In this document: piece after piece, positions 1-18,800 of the stretch
How positions within the stretch are numbered: position 1 is the stretch's first letter
How the letters are laid out: each line of letters starts with the position of its first letter
Assembly: GCF_000002075.1 (NCBI RefSeq)
Contig: NW_004797328.1
Coordinates: forward strand, 1,823,241-1,887,240
Reading direction: 5' to 3'
DNA length: 64,000 nucleotides
DNA from: Aplysia californica
Taxonomy: Eukaryota
The notes under the pieces: generated by a model
The model's database searches: none
Told to the model about the DNA's origin: nothing
Seen by the model: the letters and a program-made list of their open reading frames with translations, nothing else
Made by a program: the position numbers and the translations under genes

Positions 1-767
1 CGGTTTGTGTACAGTTTCTCTGCTAGCCTTTGTCTTCCACTGACAACCCACAAGGCAGTGGGGGCTTTGGTAGGATTTATGGCGCCTCCCGTCGCCAAGA
101 AGATGGTCCCTTCTTCGAGTGTGTGAGGTATTTATTCAAGCACCATATCCCATTTGGTTCGCGACTGCTTAGCAGCTAACCTCCATATCTGGAGGCATTT
201 CCCCTATCCACCACCCGGGGACGCGCTGGGTTGGGTATGAGGACCCAATACTAAATCTTAGTACTTCCCAAGTGTTGCACTATATTCAACAACAACAACA
301 ACAACAAATATTGGCAACAACAAAAATAGTCGATACTAAATAGCTACGAAGTGCTTTTCGTTGTTTACTGTTCGGTTATTTTCCAACAGTAAAGGTGAGT
401 TATATTGTAGATTAAAGATTCCCACCAGAGTGACTTCCTCTTCCTCGTCTTTAATATTATCGATACATAGAATGTAATCGTGTATTTTATGGAATATTTG
501 CGTTTCTAGCACTGTAGATTAAAACCTTTTCTCAAAACCATAAAGCAAACATAGAAATTTGTTATTTATTCAAAGCCACATTCACTTCATTATATTGTTC
601 TTGACACAATAACGTGTATTGATATTGTCCCGAATACATGACTAAAAGTACTCGCAAGGATTGATAGTCGATATCACAAAGGGCAACATTTTGTTGTTGT
701 TGCATGAGAATGAGGACGAGGAGACCACATGAGCCTTGACTTTGGCCAAAGGTATAAATTTAGCTAA

Positions 768-4511
<3,744 letters not shown>

Positions 4512-7339
4512 TAAACACTCTCCATAGCTTTGTGTAGAACATTCCGTGACTGGTCCTGGTTGAGACTGGCTTGTGTGAAATTTGTGTATTCAAAAGAAAA
4601 GTGATGAAGGCTGCACGTGCTGTTTCGGTCATTGACTTCAGACAAATACAGTACAGATCTTCACTGTGGTCATGCTGCTGGTAGGCAGTGACTGTCTCAA
4701 GCCCGGACACGAAGAGGAGAACTATACAACTAGGAATTAGATCTACTCATTTCAAAACAGTTTTCAGCGATCATATTATTGGAAAAATGTGTGTACGAAA
4801 CAGCATGAATAGGTCTCAGGTAACTCCTTACGTAAATAAAATGAAATATTTGCTTTTGAATGTAACTTGCTTGTTTTATGAATGTGAATGGCATCTAGAG
4901 AGGTTTTGATTTTTTGTTTTCTTCCAATGTGAAAGGTCATCTTTGAATTTGAGCAATGGTGGATTAGCTTGAAATACTGTTGTTACATTTTAACTTTGAC
5001 AATGATCAAATCAGCACTTCCTGAAAAAAAGGTGACTCCAACATATTTTACTTGCTCTGTGGAACAGGGTTAGAGGAGTTTAACTCTTTTTTCTTGAGGC
5101 AGCAACGAAATAGAACGGTTTTGAGTTGAGTCTTGGGAGCTGTTTTAGGCTCTTCTCGTTTAGAAATTAGGGTCTGTCTAAAAACAATGTGTATTTTTAA
5201 CTTGAAATATGTTTCATATCATATCTGTGTTCATTGTCTGAGTGCCATAGAGATATAAATATATTTGACTGAAAATAAAGAGTCATAAACCGAGGACAAG
5301 CCGATAAGGTATGCAGTACGCATGTTTCCTTGTGAGTTGTTTTTTTTTCACCCTGAGATGTAGAATTCAACATCATGAGTAACAACTTATTATTCAATTT
5401 CATGTACATTGTTATGTAGATCCCCAATTCATTTCTTTCTTCTTTTTTTTTTGTAAAAAGAATTTTGATGAGAGGCAAGTGGTTATAAATGTGATGAATT
5501 TTAACCCTTAAAACCCTATACCGCTGGTAACCGCTGACGCAGTATTTTCCTATACCGCTGGTCGACTTTATCGTTTAATTTCCAGTGCTAGCAACAGGGG
5601 ATGTAACTCTAGATGACTCTGTCACGAGCAGAAAGTACCAATAATGTCATGAGAGCAAGTTCTACACCGAAAGTTTGGAAATTTTGCGGGTTTTTAAGAA
5701 AAATTAGTCACTTTTTGCTGCCAGGCCCTTCAGGCTGCAAAATTTTTGACATTTTTTACCCTAACCAGACCCCAATAATGATCTTCCAGTCGGATATATC
5801 GATAAATATGACTGTTGAAGACAATTGCAATGTTCCGGGTAACATCAATGATGATTTTGACTATAGTGGAATTGGCAGGGGATCACCACTAAAGCTACCA
5901 GAGGCTAGATCTACGGCTGGGGCNNNNNNNNNNNNNNNNNNNNNNNNNNNNNNNNNNNNNNNNNNNNNNNNNNNNNNNNNNNNNNNNNNNNNNNNNNNNN
6001 NNNNNNNNNNNNNNNNNNNNNNNAACACAGAGGTAAATTGAAAGAAAAGGAAATCCTTATTATTTTTGTAGAGCAACTTCTTTAAACTGAAAATCCGGCT
6101 AAACCAAAAGACATCCAGCAGAATTGGGTTAAAGCAAACTCCACTATGTTATGGTGTATATATTTATATGGGGGTAAGAGAGTATTTTTTCTTCCCAGCA
6201 TTTGCCACAACTGTTTAGTGTGGAGTGGCTTGCTTAAAAGGTTAAATATTTAGGAGGTCCAATACACCCAGTTTCAAGTTTTTCAGGCTTAATTAACGAT
6301 AGTCTTACATAATTGTATCTTCATTTATGTGTTCACACGTGGGTCGTCCTACCAGCACAAGTATGATCTATGATGTTTGATCAGATGGTCAAGTCTGTAC
6401 TAGTATTAGTAGTACGTAAGATTTGGTTGCTGCTGTGTGCCATCATGTTCAGTAGGATAAAGATTGTAATAAACATATTTTTTTTACTTTAAAAGTTCTT
6501 CATTTATTTATATCTGTTTTGTCATTTCCTTTTTTTTCCCCCGATTGTTGTATGAAAAGATTAGTACAGTCTCGCGTACACATGGCAAAATCAGAGGGGC
6601 TCAGAAATCGTTCCAGTGTGTACGAATTTCACTGTGATGTTTTCCACAAACCTGTCTTCAGATTGAGCATATATATATATGTATTTATAAGCTCACTGTT
6701 ATTACACGGTATACGTGTAAAGACCGCACAGAGGGAGAGCTGGCAGTAAATACTCGGTATACCGTAGAACGGCCTCCTTGTAATGTTGTAAAGACTGCAC
6801 GGAGAGAGAGGGGGCTGGCAATACAATTTTATTGTTTAGCTGACCAGAGTTGGTTGCTACTATCCGGTGCATGGCGTACTGTTAAACTGTATGTAGTAGA
6901 TCTAAATAAACAATAATTATACTTTTTGCACGTGAGCGAATCGAGGTCCACATTATTTTTTTTTTTATGTATCATGTTTAATTTTAATGTTTACATAGTG
7001 GCATAATCTGTCAATTCACTGGATTTGTATCCCTTCCATGTTTCCAACACTTGCTCCCTGGCTGGCTTAAACTCAATCACTAATACTGTAGTAACACTTG
7101 TTAAACAGTAAGTGTAAAAAATAAATGGATTATTGCATTGTTTACATCTTTGAAGGTTCATGCTTTCACTGCCTTTAAATATTGTGGCACACTTGTCTGG
7201 TCACACCATGAGGCCTAGCAGTAGCAGTAGTGGTACGAAGTCAGCCAAAGTTCACTTTAACGTTTCATTTCCTTTTGTTAATTAATTCTCAATGTCTCCT
7301 AAGAAACCACATCTTTTTGTCTTTCGATTATTTTAACTA

Positions 7340-8131
7340 CAGTGGAGTCCACTTATAACGAGTCCTGAAACAACGAGAAGTCTGTTATAAAGATACTATT
7401 CAAAAACCCCGTTTTTTCTCTTTCTTTATCTTTGTAAATAAAATACTGCTATTGCGCAATCAGACCGTCACGCGAATCGGTTATAACGGAATATTGCCGC
7501 TGCTGTGCACAGCGCACAGACCAATTAAACATATTATAAAACCTTGCCAGTTGAGAAAGTTGTTGGTGATCCAGCGAAACAAAGAATGGGAGAGCCCATG
7601 CGAACCAACAATGAAGGCCGGAGCGAATGAGTGAGAAGGGTGTGGCAGAACGCATCGCGTGATAGGCCAGCCCAGTCTAGATATCTAGGCATACCGTGCC
7701 TCTCACTTCTCTGGTGCGGGATGGAGAGGTCACAATGCTGTGATAGACGGATGGAGTGAATGTGTGACGTACGCGAGCAGACGCAACGCACCACAGGGTG
7801 TGGTGGGGTGGGGGACAACACAGCAGGCGAGTAAGCCTTGAGCCAGAGCCCCTTCTTTCTGATTGCCAAGGCCGATTTGTCAACATTGCTAGTGTTAGAG
7901 AAAGAAACCTGATTCGATTTTTTTATCAAGTAAGACTTAGAGAGATCATGTTTAACAAATCATCATCAGGGGAAACACAAAAAGGAATAAACAGAACGTC
8001 AAACTCATAGATTATTAGGCCTACTTAACTATCTCCCTTGAATTTATTACTGGATCCCTTGTAACGAGAATCCTGCTATAACGGACATTTCGCACCGGTC
8101 CCCTCTCTCTCATTATAACAGGATTCCACTG
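7340..8131. mobile_element. Tc1/mariner (pogo/Tigger-like) non-autonomous element
   Basis: TA|CAGTGGAGTCCACTTATAACGAG ... CATTATAACAGGATTCCACTG|TA: imperfect TIR with TA TSD. Confidence 0.8.
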
Positions 8132-8839
8132 TATTTTATAACAAGATTATACTGATTATTATTATTGAGTGATATTCTAAATAACGCAACAACAAAAATT
8201 CTTACCGTAGCGCTGGACCGGCTGAGTGTTGCCTCAGTCACTAGGTAGGCCTGACTCAAAATGGTAAAGCTCCATTTTTTTTCCTATATAAATGTCTGGT
8301 CTATTATGGGGTCACGATGTACAATGGGGGGGGGGGGGGGTAGTAAGTATAATAAATATATTTTGATGCCATAACCTGAACACAAAGCCACCGAGTTAAC
8401 TCTCAAAGCTACCAGGTTGTAGGGTGGTTAGGGACAAACCACAAGATGGTCAATGGATGGTTGTCTTTCCGAGGGCCTAGTTGTGAAGGGCACCGATTCA
8501 GATCTAGATCTACAAGTAGATCTCTGTGTCTGATTGGGCAATTTCAAAAGGTAGACTAGGCCTCTACTATGCTGCAATTGGCACCTTCAACAGTTTACGT
8601 TTTATTTTAGTAATTTCCTCCACCAAACATTGTACGGTCAGTTATCATAAGCCAAATTGGTATCCTAAAACTTTTCGTGTAATATTAATATTACCTACAC
8701 CCGTACGTTAAAGTTAAATCAATGCAGAGAAGCTCTTGTCAGATAACAATTTAAATGGAAAGATAAAATTTATATTTCAGGTTGGTTTTAAAAAGAGAAC
8801 ATTTTTATTCTAGCTGCTTTTAATTTATGCCTCATCGAC

Positions 8840-9030
8840 ACAATTTAAATCCTTAGAATATGGGCTTCCGACCTTACCTGACATCGCCAACCCATGCTGA
8901 AAGGGATAGGTACAACATCCCAGAAGAAAGACCGAGAAACAATGCAATAAAAATTTCTCCTCAATTGGGAATCAAACTGGGGTCTTCTGTGTGCAACAGC
9001 AAAGCACATCTAACCGCTACACCAGACTCC
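8840..9030 (-). mobile_element. tRNA-derived SINE family 2 (degenerate)
   Basis: Related copies at ~13960-14080, ~39780-39970, ~42305-42440 and ~54295-54600 share (G)ATACAACATCC..G.AGAAAGAC.GAGA or CCCTGCCTGTCAGG. A/B-box-like head. Confidence 0.5.
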
Positions 9031-12000
9031 ATTCAGATTTTTAAAAATCCATTGACTTTGTCAAGTCTTGTTAGTGACCATAATCCGTGCCCTGTCCATA
9101 GCAGTCGCCTGGCTACAACATTTTTCTTAGTGTGATCTTGAGTGAATGTTTTGGGCAGGATTCACTGTATCAACTTATAATTTAGACTTAGTGAGTTCAC
9201 CATACAACTTTACAAATACTCAGTTCTTTGATCAATGGCTGGTGAAAAACAAGTAGGCCAATTGATACCAGTATGTTTTTCTCTGCTCTGTGACAAATGT
9301 TCACACTTACTGCTCTTTCAGTCTTTGTTGGTACAACTCACTGTCTACAGTGTGAGACTGCCAATGTGCTCGGAAAGGGACATGATTAATAATAATACAG
9401 AAGGTCTTTAAAAATACAAATACACAATGTATGACAGGACTGACTGAAGTTGTACCACCTCTTGTTCTTATCTAATTGTAAATGCTTTTAAGTTCCTGTC
9501 AACACTTTTAAATCCTTTTGGAGACTGGTCACTTGAACCTTATGTCAAAGCCAGCCCGGGCTAGGTTTCATACGACTACAGCATTCTAGCACTAGCAGAT
9601 GGAGATACACTAACCCGAATTTGTCGGGGATTGGAAATAGTGTTCAAGATTTCCGTAATTCGTCATGTCAGTTGTCCGTGACAGCCCCAAATACAAAGAA
9701 ATAGAAAATCAAGGGGGGTACAATAAAACCCATTAGAACAATTAATGTGGTTAGCTCCCTTGATCAACATGTTGACGGTGTGAAAGCAAGAAGATGAATG
9801 AATAAGTGGAAAGCAGAAAATCTCATTTGTGCAAAGCCGACTCTTACGTCATTCCTTTCCTCTCATTTCATTGGCTTACAGAAAGTTACACCTCCTGCCA
9901 TCAGCACAGTGTGCTTTCCACAGCATGATTGCATGAGTAGCGAGCCAGTTATGCCGCACGGTCAGCATCACTCCCCAACCCCCCTTCCTCCAGCCTCTCG
10001 TGGTGAGACAAGCATCACATTTTGGCTGTAACAACAATAACAAAGAAACGCCTATCTGCAGCCAGAAAGTGAAAGGCTGTAAAACCGGGTCTTTAGTTGA
10101 GAATGCAAAGTGCATTTGTTCACGATTCCAGTGTTGCGTGTTCCGAAGAAAACATAGGGACTGAAACTGGACCGAGCTTTATGTTCGAGATACCCCAGAA
10201 TTCATGATTATCATGTTCGAGATTTGTGAACTCTACTGTGTAATGAACTGAAGAACAGTCTAATCCGATGTAACAATTAGTAAATTTTATTTCACATTAC
10301 TATTTTTGGCATAAAAAAAACACAAATTGACCAACACAGGCACAGACAATCGCGGTCAGAGCCTGCCAGACAACAAGAGTCAAATATTTTGATTTTAATA
10401 CAACACAGCTCGTTGATATAAAACCAGTACATGCATCAATGACAACATCATACAAACATCCACCAATATGGTGTAATGCATCGTGGTAGACCATATCAGA
10501 CACATTAAAATAATAGTTTAACTTAATCCTATCTGTCTAACTAGCCCTTTTCTTACTATGGTAAGTTGGAACATAAAATCATAACCAGTAACAGGTTAAG
10601 ACATTTTAGTCAAGAGAGAGTCAAAGAAATGTTTACATTATTCAGTCAAAATTCAGTCATACGGTATATAATAGTAAAAATATAGAAGTCATCGTTGGCA
10701 TAACATCTAAGTATAATCATAATCACGATCTTTACTAAAAAAGTGACTCCCAAGATAATAAGAGTTCCAGTCCTAACTATACATTGTACTATAAGTGAGT
10801 CAGCAAGTCGAATAAGTCTACGCAGTTGGAATAGACCTAGGCCTACTTACTGTTCACATTGGTACTCTTTAAACTTTTAATATTAGTAATTACATGTAGT
10901 AGGTTTATAAGAGGTCTGACCAAGAAAAAAGTATTTTTTGCTTACACCACATGCAAAATTTTGTGCAGTTTAATATTTTTGTTCAAAGTTATTTACATAG
11001 GTGCAGTTGACATTGTGTTGCACTGTTGCCTCCATCTAGATCAACGAAGGGCACTCCACCCTCTCAAAGCAAATGCAGGCTTTTGTCACATGCTGTGTGT
11101 ATTGCTGTCTACAGGCAGGCTCACCATGATCCTTACAGTCGAGAATCCGAGAGCCTAACCGCCACACCACTGATGCCACACATTGTCTGGAATGCATAAT
11201 TTCGTGGCAATAACTGTCAGTGAAAGTAGACCTTTGATTGGTCAATCAAAATTAGTGCACTTACAGGTCATAATTTTTGACACAAACATGAAAGGTAGAA
11301 CTGGTTGTGGCAAAAATCTCAGATTCAGAGTAGTTAGACTGGAACATGTTCCATATGGTACTTCCACTTCTACTCAAAAAAAAAAAAAAGAACCCTAAAA
11401 CAAAGTTTAAAAAATCAAAGGTAGGCTTACACTTTGAAAAGAAGGCAGAATAAGATTTGTAACTTACTACACACTACACTCTTGCATGGAGGTACCGGTA
11501 CAGGTAAGATTAGCCACACTCATGCATGGGAGTACCGCTAGGTAGGCCTACCAGGTATGAAAGAACCACCAAAAGTAACATCAATCATTTTCACCATATT
11601 GAACAGCTTCACCTAGAAGTAACCTAACAAGCCCTCCATCATAGCGAATGGAATACCAGTGGATACAACAGTATTTACTTTACAATGTGATCAAAATACA
11701 TTAGAAATCTTTTCAGATTCAACAGCCAACACACATACACAAAGATGACCCGAAACACAAAAGTGTTAGCCCCAAAACGAACCACTACAGATGCACTTCT
11801 GATGAGGTTCACAAAATGCCGCAGCAATTCAATACATGTATTACAGATCATTGCACTTGAGCAGTACCGGTAGCTCAAATTTTCACTACAACATCATGAC
11901 ATGCTTCAAAGCAGTCAGTTCTTCACATGAATCAAAGGCCTATTTTACAGGCCTTCGAAACCATGGAGGTGCCTGCTCATAAATATAACACAATACACTT

Positions 12001-12831
12001 CGGTACACATTTCTCTCTATATAAATATGATGCCTTCATTTTTCATGAAGTCACTTCTCCTTCTTCACAACATACTCGGCTGTAGACATGGTGAGAAGAT
12101 GAAACTCCAAAATTACACTTTAATTAAGGAGTCCTAATTTCAGAGTAGACAGTTCATACTTTCATAAATTTTCCAAAGGGTATTCAAATATTTCTCTCTT
12201 AACATTGTCGTAATTTGTGTACCAAATTGCATGTGAAAGCTCAAATTGTACAGGTACAAGTATCTGCCATTTAACATTTTTTAAAGAGCAAAGCACAACT
12301 GCTTACATGAACCATGTGTTGTATATAGAAGCGAGACGGCAAGGTCAATCCATTCAAATTAGGAGTCCAAACTTGCCAATAATACTGAGCAACTAGACAC
12401 AAAACTCATGAAAGCACATAATGAAGATTTGAGTTAATTCATTTTACATGACACAAAAACATGCACGCTTGAAATTATTAATGTTTTGGTCAAAAATAAC
12501 AATTAATTAAAATTAAAATACAAGAGCGTGACCTTCATTTCAAAACACATGAGCTGAGCAACAATAACGCCTAAAATATAAACACAAAAAATTGGTGAAC
12601 TTCACAAAAAAAGTCAGAGGGCAATGCTTCACAAAATTGTCCACTCAATGTCAGGTCAGTGCACATCCAGTCAGTCCAAAGCATTCACATCATTCGTACA
12701 CAGAGAAAGTCAATAAATAACAGACTAAGTAATTCTAAGAGCATCAACTTGCCAAGGTGTAAAAACCAACATCACATTCCCTTGATACCGGTATTTATTT
12801 TCAACTCAGATCTGTCTGTGGATACCAGTAT

Positions 12832-15800
12832 CTATTTTCGTCTCAAAGCTCTGTCAAATTTCTCATCCTCATCATCGCTGTGGTACCCGTTTCCACGGTC
12901 ACGGTAACCCCGAGTGGCCTGCATGAGCTCTGCGTCGGGTCCTTTCCCACGGTGTTCGTACAGCAGAGTGTTCAAAGTTTCTTCAAAGATGCGCGCCTCA
13001 GGAAAGTCAACCTGGGACAAACATAGCACAGAATTTTTTTTAAAACGGAAGTGAAAGAAAGTTTTCCTCAGTGAAAGCTGAAAAGGACAAACACCGTAAT
13101 TCGTATCACATCACACCTGTCTATGTTCACATCAAAGCAATAAGTCTGAAACATATTGTGATTTGAATTTAGTCAAAGACAGTGACGTTCTCAGACGGTC
13201 TAGCTGAAAGACTAGCCAAGGGGCCAGGTCAATTTGCCTGCGCTTGAACAAAGTCCAAACTAAATGACCACTCAGTAGCTTACACTCAGTTTCAATTATC
13301 ACTCGTGTCTGCAGTCTGACAAAATTAATCCAATTTGAGGAAAGACAAAAAGTCCCAAGCCAAAGAGATTATTTTTACGAGACTGATAGACCTTTGTATC
13401 TTTTGATTTAGTCCTAGCAAACATTTACACAATAATCTGATGTGAAGGTGGAAGACAACGCAAGCTATTACTAACCCATCAAAGCCAACACAAAGCATCA
13501 CAAAATCAGCTGTTTGGTTTCTTGAAATACAAAATAGTGTCATAAAAAGTAAGTGTATGGGTTTAACGCCGTTATCAACAATATTTACAAATAGTAATTA
13601 AAGAGACGGGACCTCTGAATTGAACATCCATATCCGATAGAACCAATCCAAATGGTTTGAAAGTAATGAAAGCCTTGAAAACTCCACAAAACAACCTGAA
13701 TTCAAGAATGCCCAGTCTGGCATTCGAACAAGGGCCATACACTCCACAGGTCAGCATAATACCAACTGAGCTAACTGAGCACCCATTTTTTTCAAATTTG
13801 CAAAGTGTACAGGAAAAAGAAAAACACAATAGTGACTTCATTGCTGTATTGAACCTACAACCTTTTTTTTTTCATTTACCAAAAGATACACGTGTCATGA
13901 ATATTCAACCAAATACTGTACTCCCAAAAAAAAAAAAATGGGGTAAATGTGTTTAATGATTTAATGCCCACATCGACAAAATTTAGATAATTTACGAGGC
14001 AGGCTTTGACCCTGCCTGTCAGGCCCAACCCACATTGAGAACGATACAACATCCTAGCAGAAAGACCAAGATGTCGACTCTCTTATGTGCAATAGAGATG
14101 TACCTAATTGCTATACTATACAACAGATGCAGATTTTCTATACTGCCTGTGTACACAATGGACATCTTTACTGACCTTAGTGTGTTTCTTGTCAGTGCCA
14201 TACACAATAGAGGTGCAGCACACTTCCCCAATCTTCTGACCATGCCCGTAAAAAGACCAGCAGCAGATCTCAGTGTTGCCCAGTGTGTCCTTCACAAACA
14301 GGATCCTGGTGCTGAACCGCAGACACAGCTTGTCAAACAGCTCCAGGTTCTTCAGGAAGTTATCATCAGACATACTGCAAGTGAACCACAGTAGTATGGG
14401 AACATTGCAGTTTTAAATAAAATTATATAATCCTATATATATGATTTCTTCTTTCTCAATAGTTGTTTTTTAAAATTTACTCAGGTTACAGCTTTTTCCT
14501 CCTTTTTATTTATAAGAGATGTCAACATCCATAATGATGTGAAAGATAATTGAGAGTCAAAGGTTCAAATTAAATACAACAGGGTGAGTTTCACTGCCTC
14601 TCTATTGCATTACATCTCAGCTCTTATAAAAAAGGACTAGACTTCCTCTCCATTCTTCAATACAACAGGCTTATAATTAAAATCGCTACAGAAAATTACA
14701 GACACTTTTGGCGTATATTATCATCTGCTTAGCATCAGATTACCAGAAGTGAGAAGTGGTGTGGAGCAAAATCACTCAGAACATAAATCTATATCATAGC
14801 TTGACAAGAACCTCATTAGCAAGGTCAACACCATCTCACTGTTCTGTGATAGGCATGGTCCTGCTGGGTGGTTGGAGGACACCACTGGTAGGTCCTACAT
14901 GCTGATATATATATGCATTCAATCTCAATCTTGGTCTCAGCATACAAGACTTAGGGAGGATAATTGGCAGGTGCTCTGGTGTGGCTTGCTCATTCTTTCC
15001 TACCCAACATCTATCATCCTTATCTTTCCTCCCTTTTTCTTTTGTATTACTCTTTAGTAACACCTCAAATCTTCGACAGATACGTCATGGGATCAGTTTC
15101 TGTTTCAAGTGCCATAAAACTCTTCATAAAACTAAAAATGAAAAACTAAACAAGACTTTGATAAGCCACTTTGGCCTTATGAAGGTTGGCCATTAAGGAG
15201 TTTCAACTACATCCACCAGTCAGAAAGAAAGTTGTGTCTTGTGTCCTGGACACCTTTCCTCACCAGCACGTAGGTCCATTGGAAGAGCTCACAGCATTGT
15301 GATAGTTCACACATGGGCACATAGGTCATTCCCTAGAAGTGCTTACAGTATTGTGATAAACTGATATAAAAATATGCCTATGTCCAGCTATATGGTTACT
15401 ATGGTAACCACTTTAAAACATTTCCATGTTGTTCTGTTTCTGCCCATGATACTTACATATCCTGGACATAGAAATTATGCATTTCTTTTTTTTTTTTATT
15501 AACAAGTTTTGGGGAAATAAACCCAAAGATCAAAAAGCCAAACTAAAAATTCAGTTAACTTGAACACCCAACAGAAATAATATAAAACTGCACCAACCTT
15601 GTGTAGGAATATTTGTTGTTGTGCCTGTTACAGTTCAATTTGACCATCGGCTGAAAAAAACAAAAAAACAGAGCAGGTTGGTCAAACAAGGCCTGAAACA
15701 TTGCAATGTATTGACAATTGAAGGAATACAGTTATGTCACGACATGGTGGAATCAGGCGCTCATCAATTTTTGGGCATGTGGGGCTATTGTAATGTTATC

Positions 15801-18800
15801 ATCTGAAAACTTATTCATTTGCCTTGCTGTCAATGAAAAAAGTATCTATCTATCTTGAATAAGTGTCAAGATGCTTGCCATAGAAGAAGGTGGGGTCAAA
15901 GATACTCCACTACCAAGATATTGCACTTGTTCTTTGGGCTTTTGTCCGTGTCGTGGCGGGCCCCTCTTTGCCACATAGTCACATAGTGCGTGATGGGCTA
16001 CGTCACTAGGCGACGCGACGCTGGTTTCGTCNNNNNNNNNNNNNNNNNNNNNNNNNNNNNNNNNNNNNNNNNNNNNNNNNNNNNNNNNNNNNNNNNNNNN
16101 NNNNNNNNNNNNNNNNNNNNNNNNNNNNNNNNNNNNNNNNNNNNNNNNNNNNNNNNNNNNNNNNNNNTGAGATAGTCTAAAGATAACACAAATTAACAAA
16201 AGGAAAAATGGGGGAGGTGCTGTGAATGAGAAGGAAGAAAAGAAAACTGAAAATCAACAAACAAAAACAAAGAAAATTATTTAAAGACTTCAAGTGGCAA
16301 GGTAATTACTTACTTGAATGCTACAGGTGTTGAACGTTCATCAGTTCGAAAACAAACATCATATGACTATGATCGACCGATCGACCAGGGTTATAAGACT
16401 AAGACATCGAATTGGATAACAATCAGGTGATAGAGAGATGGGGGAAGACGAGGAAGAAAGAACAAGTATTTGGTAGGCCATGTCAGGCCAAAATACCACA
16501 ATAAATTGCAAACGGAGATGATAGCAATAATTATTCATCCTGTAAACAAGATTTATTAGCATTAAAATCGACAACACGAGAGAAAAATCTTTGAAATGCA
16601 GCGAAAATGTTCACGTTCTGTCTATCTGTATGCAGTGTAAACAATGGCATGCGAAGGGAACTCCCCGTCGTTGCTACCGGCTCGGTGAATTAAATTTACG
16701 GTCCGGTCACGTGACGGAAGAGGCCAACCGGTATTTGGTACTGGGTCTTTAAACATACCTAAACAGGTCTCCGGAGTTGTTCCGTAAGAAAACTAAAGTG
16801 CAATAATCGAATAGTTCTTATCATGGCCTTTCCAACAATACCAAACTTGATTACCTTGTAGCCACAGAGAGCGTTGTTGTCATGGGGTCAAGTTTAGCCT
16901 TTCCCAACATTTTGTTTGAATTTTTTTGCCCCCTCTACTGCTTTCAAATACATTTTTATGTATGTTAGAGGTCTCTTTAGGCCTTGGGACCTTCACAAAA
17001 CGGATGTCCAAATATTCAAATTTCCACATTTTTTCGCAAATACCCAATTTTCTAGGGGATCGAGAACCGCGGATTCATAAATTTTCAACAATCTGACAGA
17101 CCCAAAAAACATTCGACCTACCTTTGTCATTTTGGCAATGAGCATCTGTTCTTCCCGTGATGAAGTGATGAGTGGCACCTGACAAATGGGCTCAGGGTCT
17201 CGCACACTCAGAGCTTCCTCCACTTGTCTGATGAGCTCCTGCACACAGTAGTACTTGGCCTCCTGGAGAAGCTCATTCAGCTCCCGACAAGATTCTGGCA
17301 GCATGATGGACCCGTCCCTCAAGTAAGACAGAATGGTGCCGAAATGTTTTCCACATCGGTCAATGAGGACCCAACCTGGGGAAAAAAAATTGTTAAAACA
17401 AAGTCATGATCTCCACTGCTGCATCTCTAAAATGGTCAGACAATGACATCCTGTAAGCAAATGAGAACTCTCATTAACCCTTTAAGATTTTGTCCCGGAT
17501 AAATGTTCACCCGATTAGTGCATTCCCACGCAGTGTTCCCCAGAAGATTCCGGATCAGTCAGTCATCCTGCTCGGCTAACAGCATTTCGTTTCATGCGGG
17601 GGTCAGCAACTGTGCGCTAAAATGTAAGCACGTCGGTCTGCTTGTGCCTGTGTGCCCTTCTGGAACTTTCTGTGCTGTTTTGAAACATGAAGCGTAGGTA
17701 CAGAGATGTTCATCCAATGAAATATGAGCATTTCGACCTAGTAAGACACTTGAGGAACTCGAAAGGATATTCAGGAAATAAGACTTTCATCTTTCAATGC
17801 AAACACTTTAACACCTTTTCACGCTTTTCAAACAAGCTCATTTTTACACAAAACGCTGTGTTCTGATGCAAATAATCATATTCGATGGTTTTTAAAATCA
17901 TTGCCCTACCAGAGGGAGAAATTTGAGAGCAACCAAATGAAATTTATCCCCAGCTGTTCGCAAGTTCATAACAGGTGTGAAATCTGGAAAACTGGAAAAG
18001 TTATTTGATTTGGTGTAACTTCCACTGTCAGCGTCTGATCAACTGACGAGGGGATAAGGGGTTTATTCATGCGGCCGTAACACTTATTCATAGATCGCAT
18101 CAATTTGCTATAAAGCATGAGTTAACATTTTTTTTTCATTTTATCTGCTGCTTATACCCTTTTGGGTGTCACGGGAGGAAAAAGACGTCTCTCTGCCACA
18201 AGCTGGAGAGCTTGGGTCAGGGGGCAGTCATGAGTTGTTAGTGTTTCCCTGACGCCATCTATCCCGGTCTTTCTCTGTCATCCTTTCGCCTTGTTGCCAT
18301 TGGATTGTTTTATGTAGGCACGTTGTGCTGGACGGTGTGTTGGTAATCGCATGAGATGTTTGAACATTTGGAGTCACGGCGCAGTGGAATCAGGCGCTTG
18401 TCAATTTTTGGGCAAATCGGATTATTGACGTCACCTGAAAGCTTATTCATTTGCCTAGTTCTGTAGGAAAAAAATACTCATCTCCCTTCAATAGAAATTG
18501 AGATATTCGCCATTGAAGAAGGTGGGGTTGCCTGGTTTCTGTGGTAAAATAATCCAGAAAATGGCTGCCAAAGTCTGCCAAAGTTTAGTAACTTAAATAG
18601 CTTGAAAGTCCTTGAAAACTGAAAAATTACACATTCTGTGACTTAAACCAATGTTTTTCAGTAAAATTCACTGTGTTTTTACATGAACATAAAAGTTTTG
18701 AGCCAAAAAAACTAAAACTCAATAAAAATTGCCAAACAGGCGGAAAAAAACCTGTTTCTTCGATTTCATTCTTTTGTAGAGCGCCTGATTTCACCACGAT

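Noticed and set aside
100-250. Segment resembling a LINE 5' region (CCTCCATATCTGGAGG)
   Set aside because: Similarity is from memory only and there is no coding support in the window.
5505-6245. Possible piggyBac-like element (TTAACCC...GGGTTAA)
   Set aside because: Spans a gap and the termini cannot be paired unambiguously.
17478-18062. Possible piggyBac-like element in a KCTD10 intron
   Set aside because: The left end TTAACCCTTT is clear, but the right TIR and TTAA are not.
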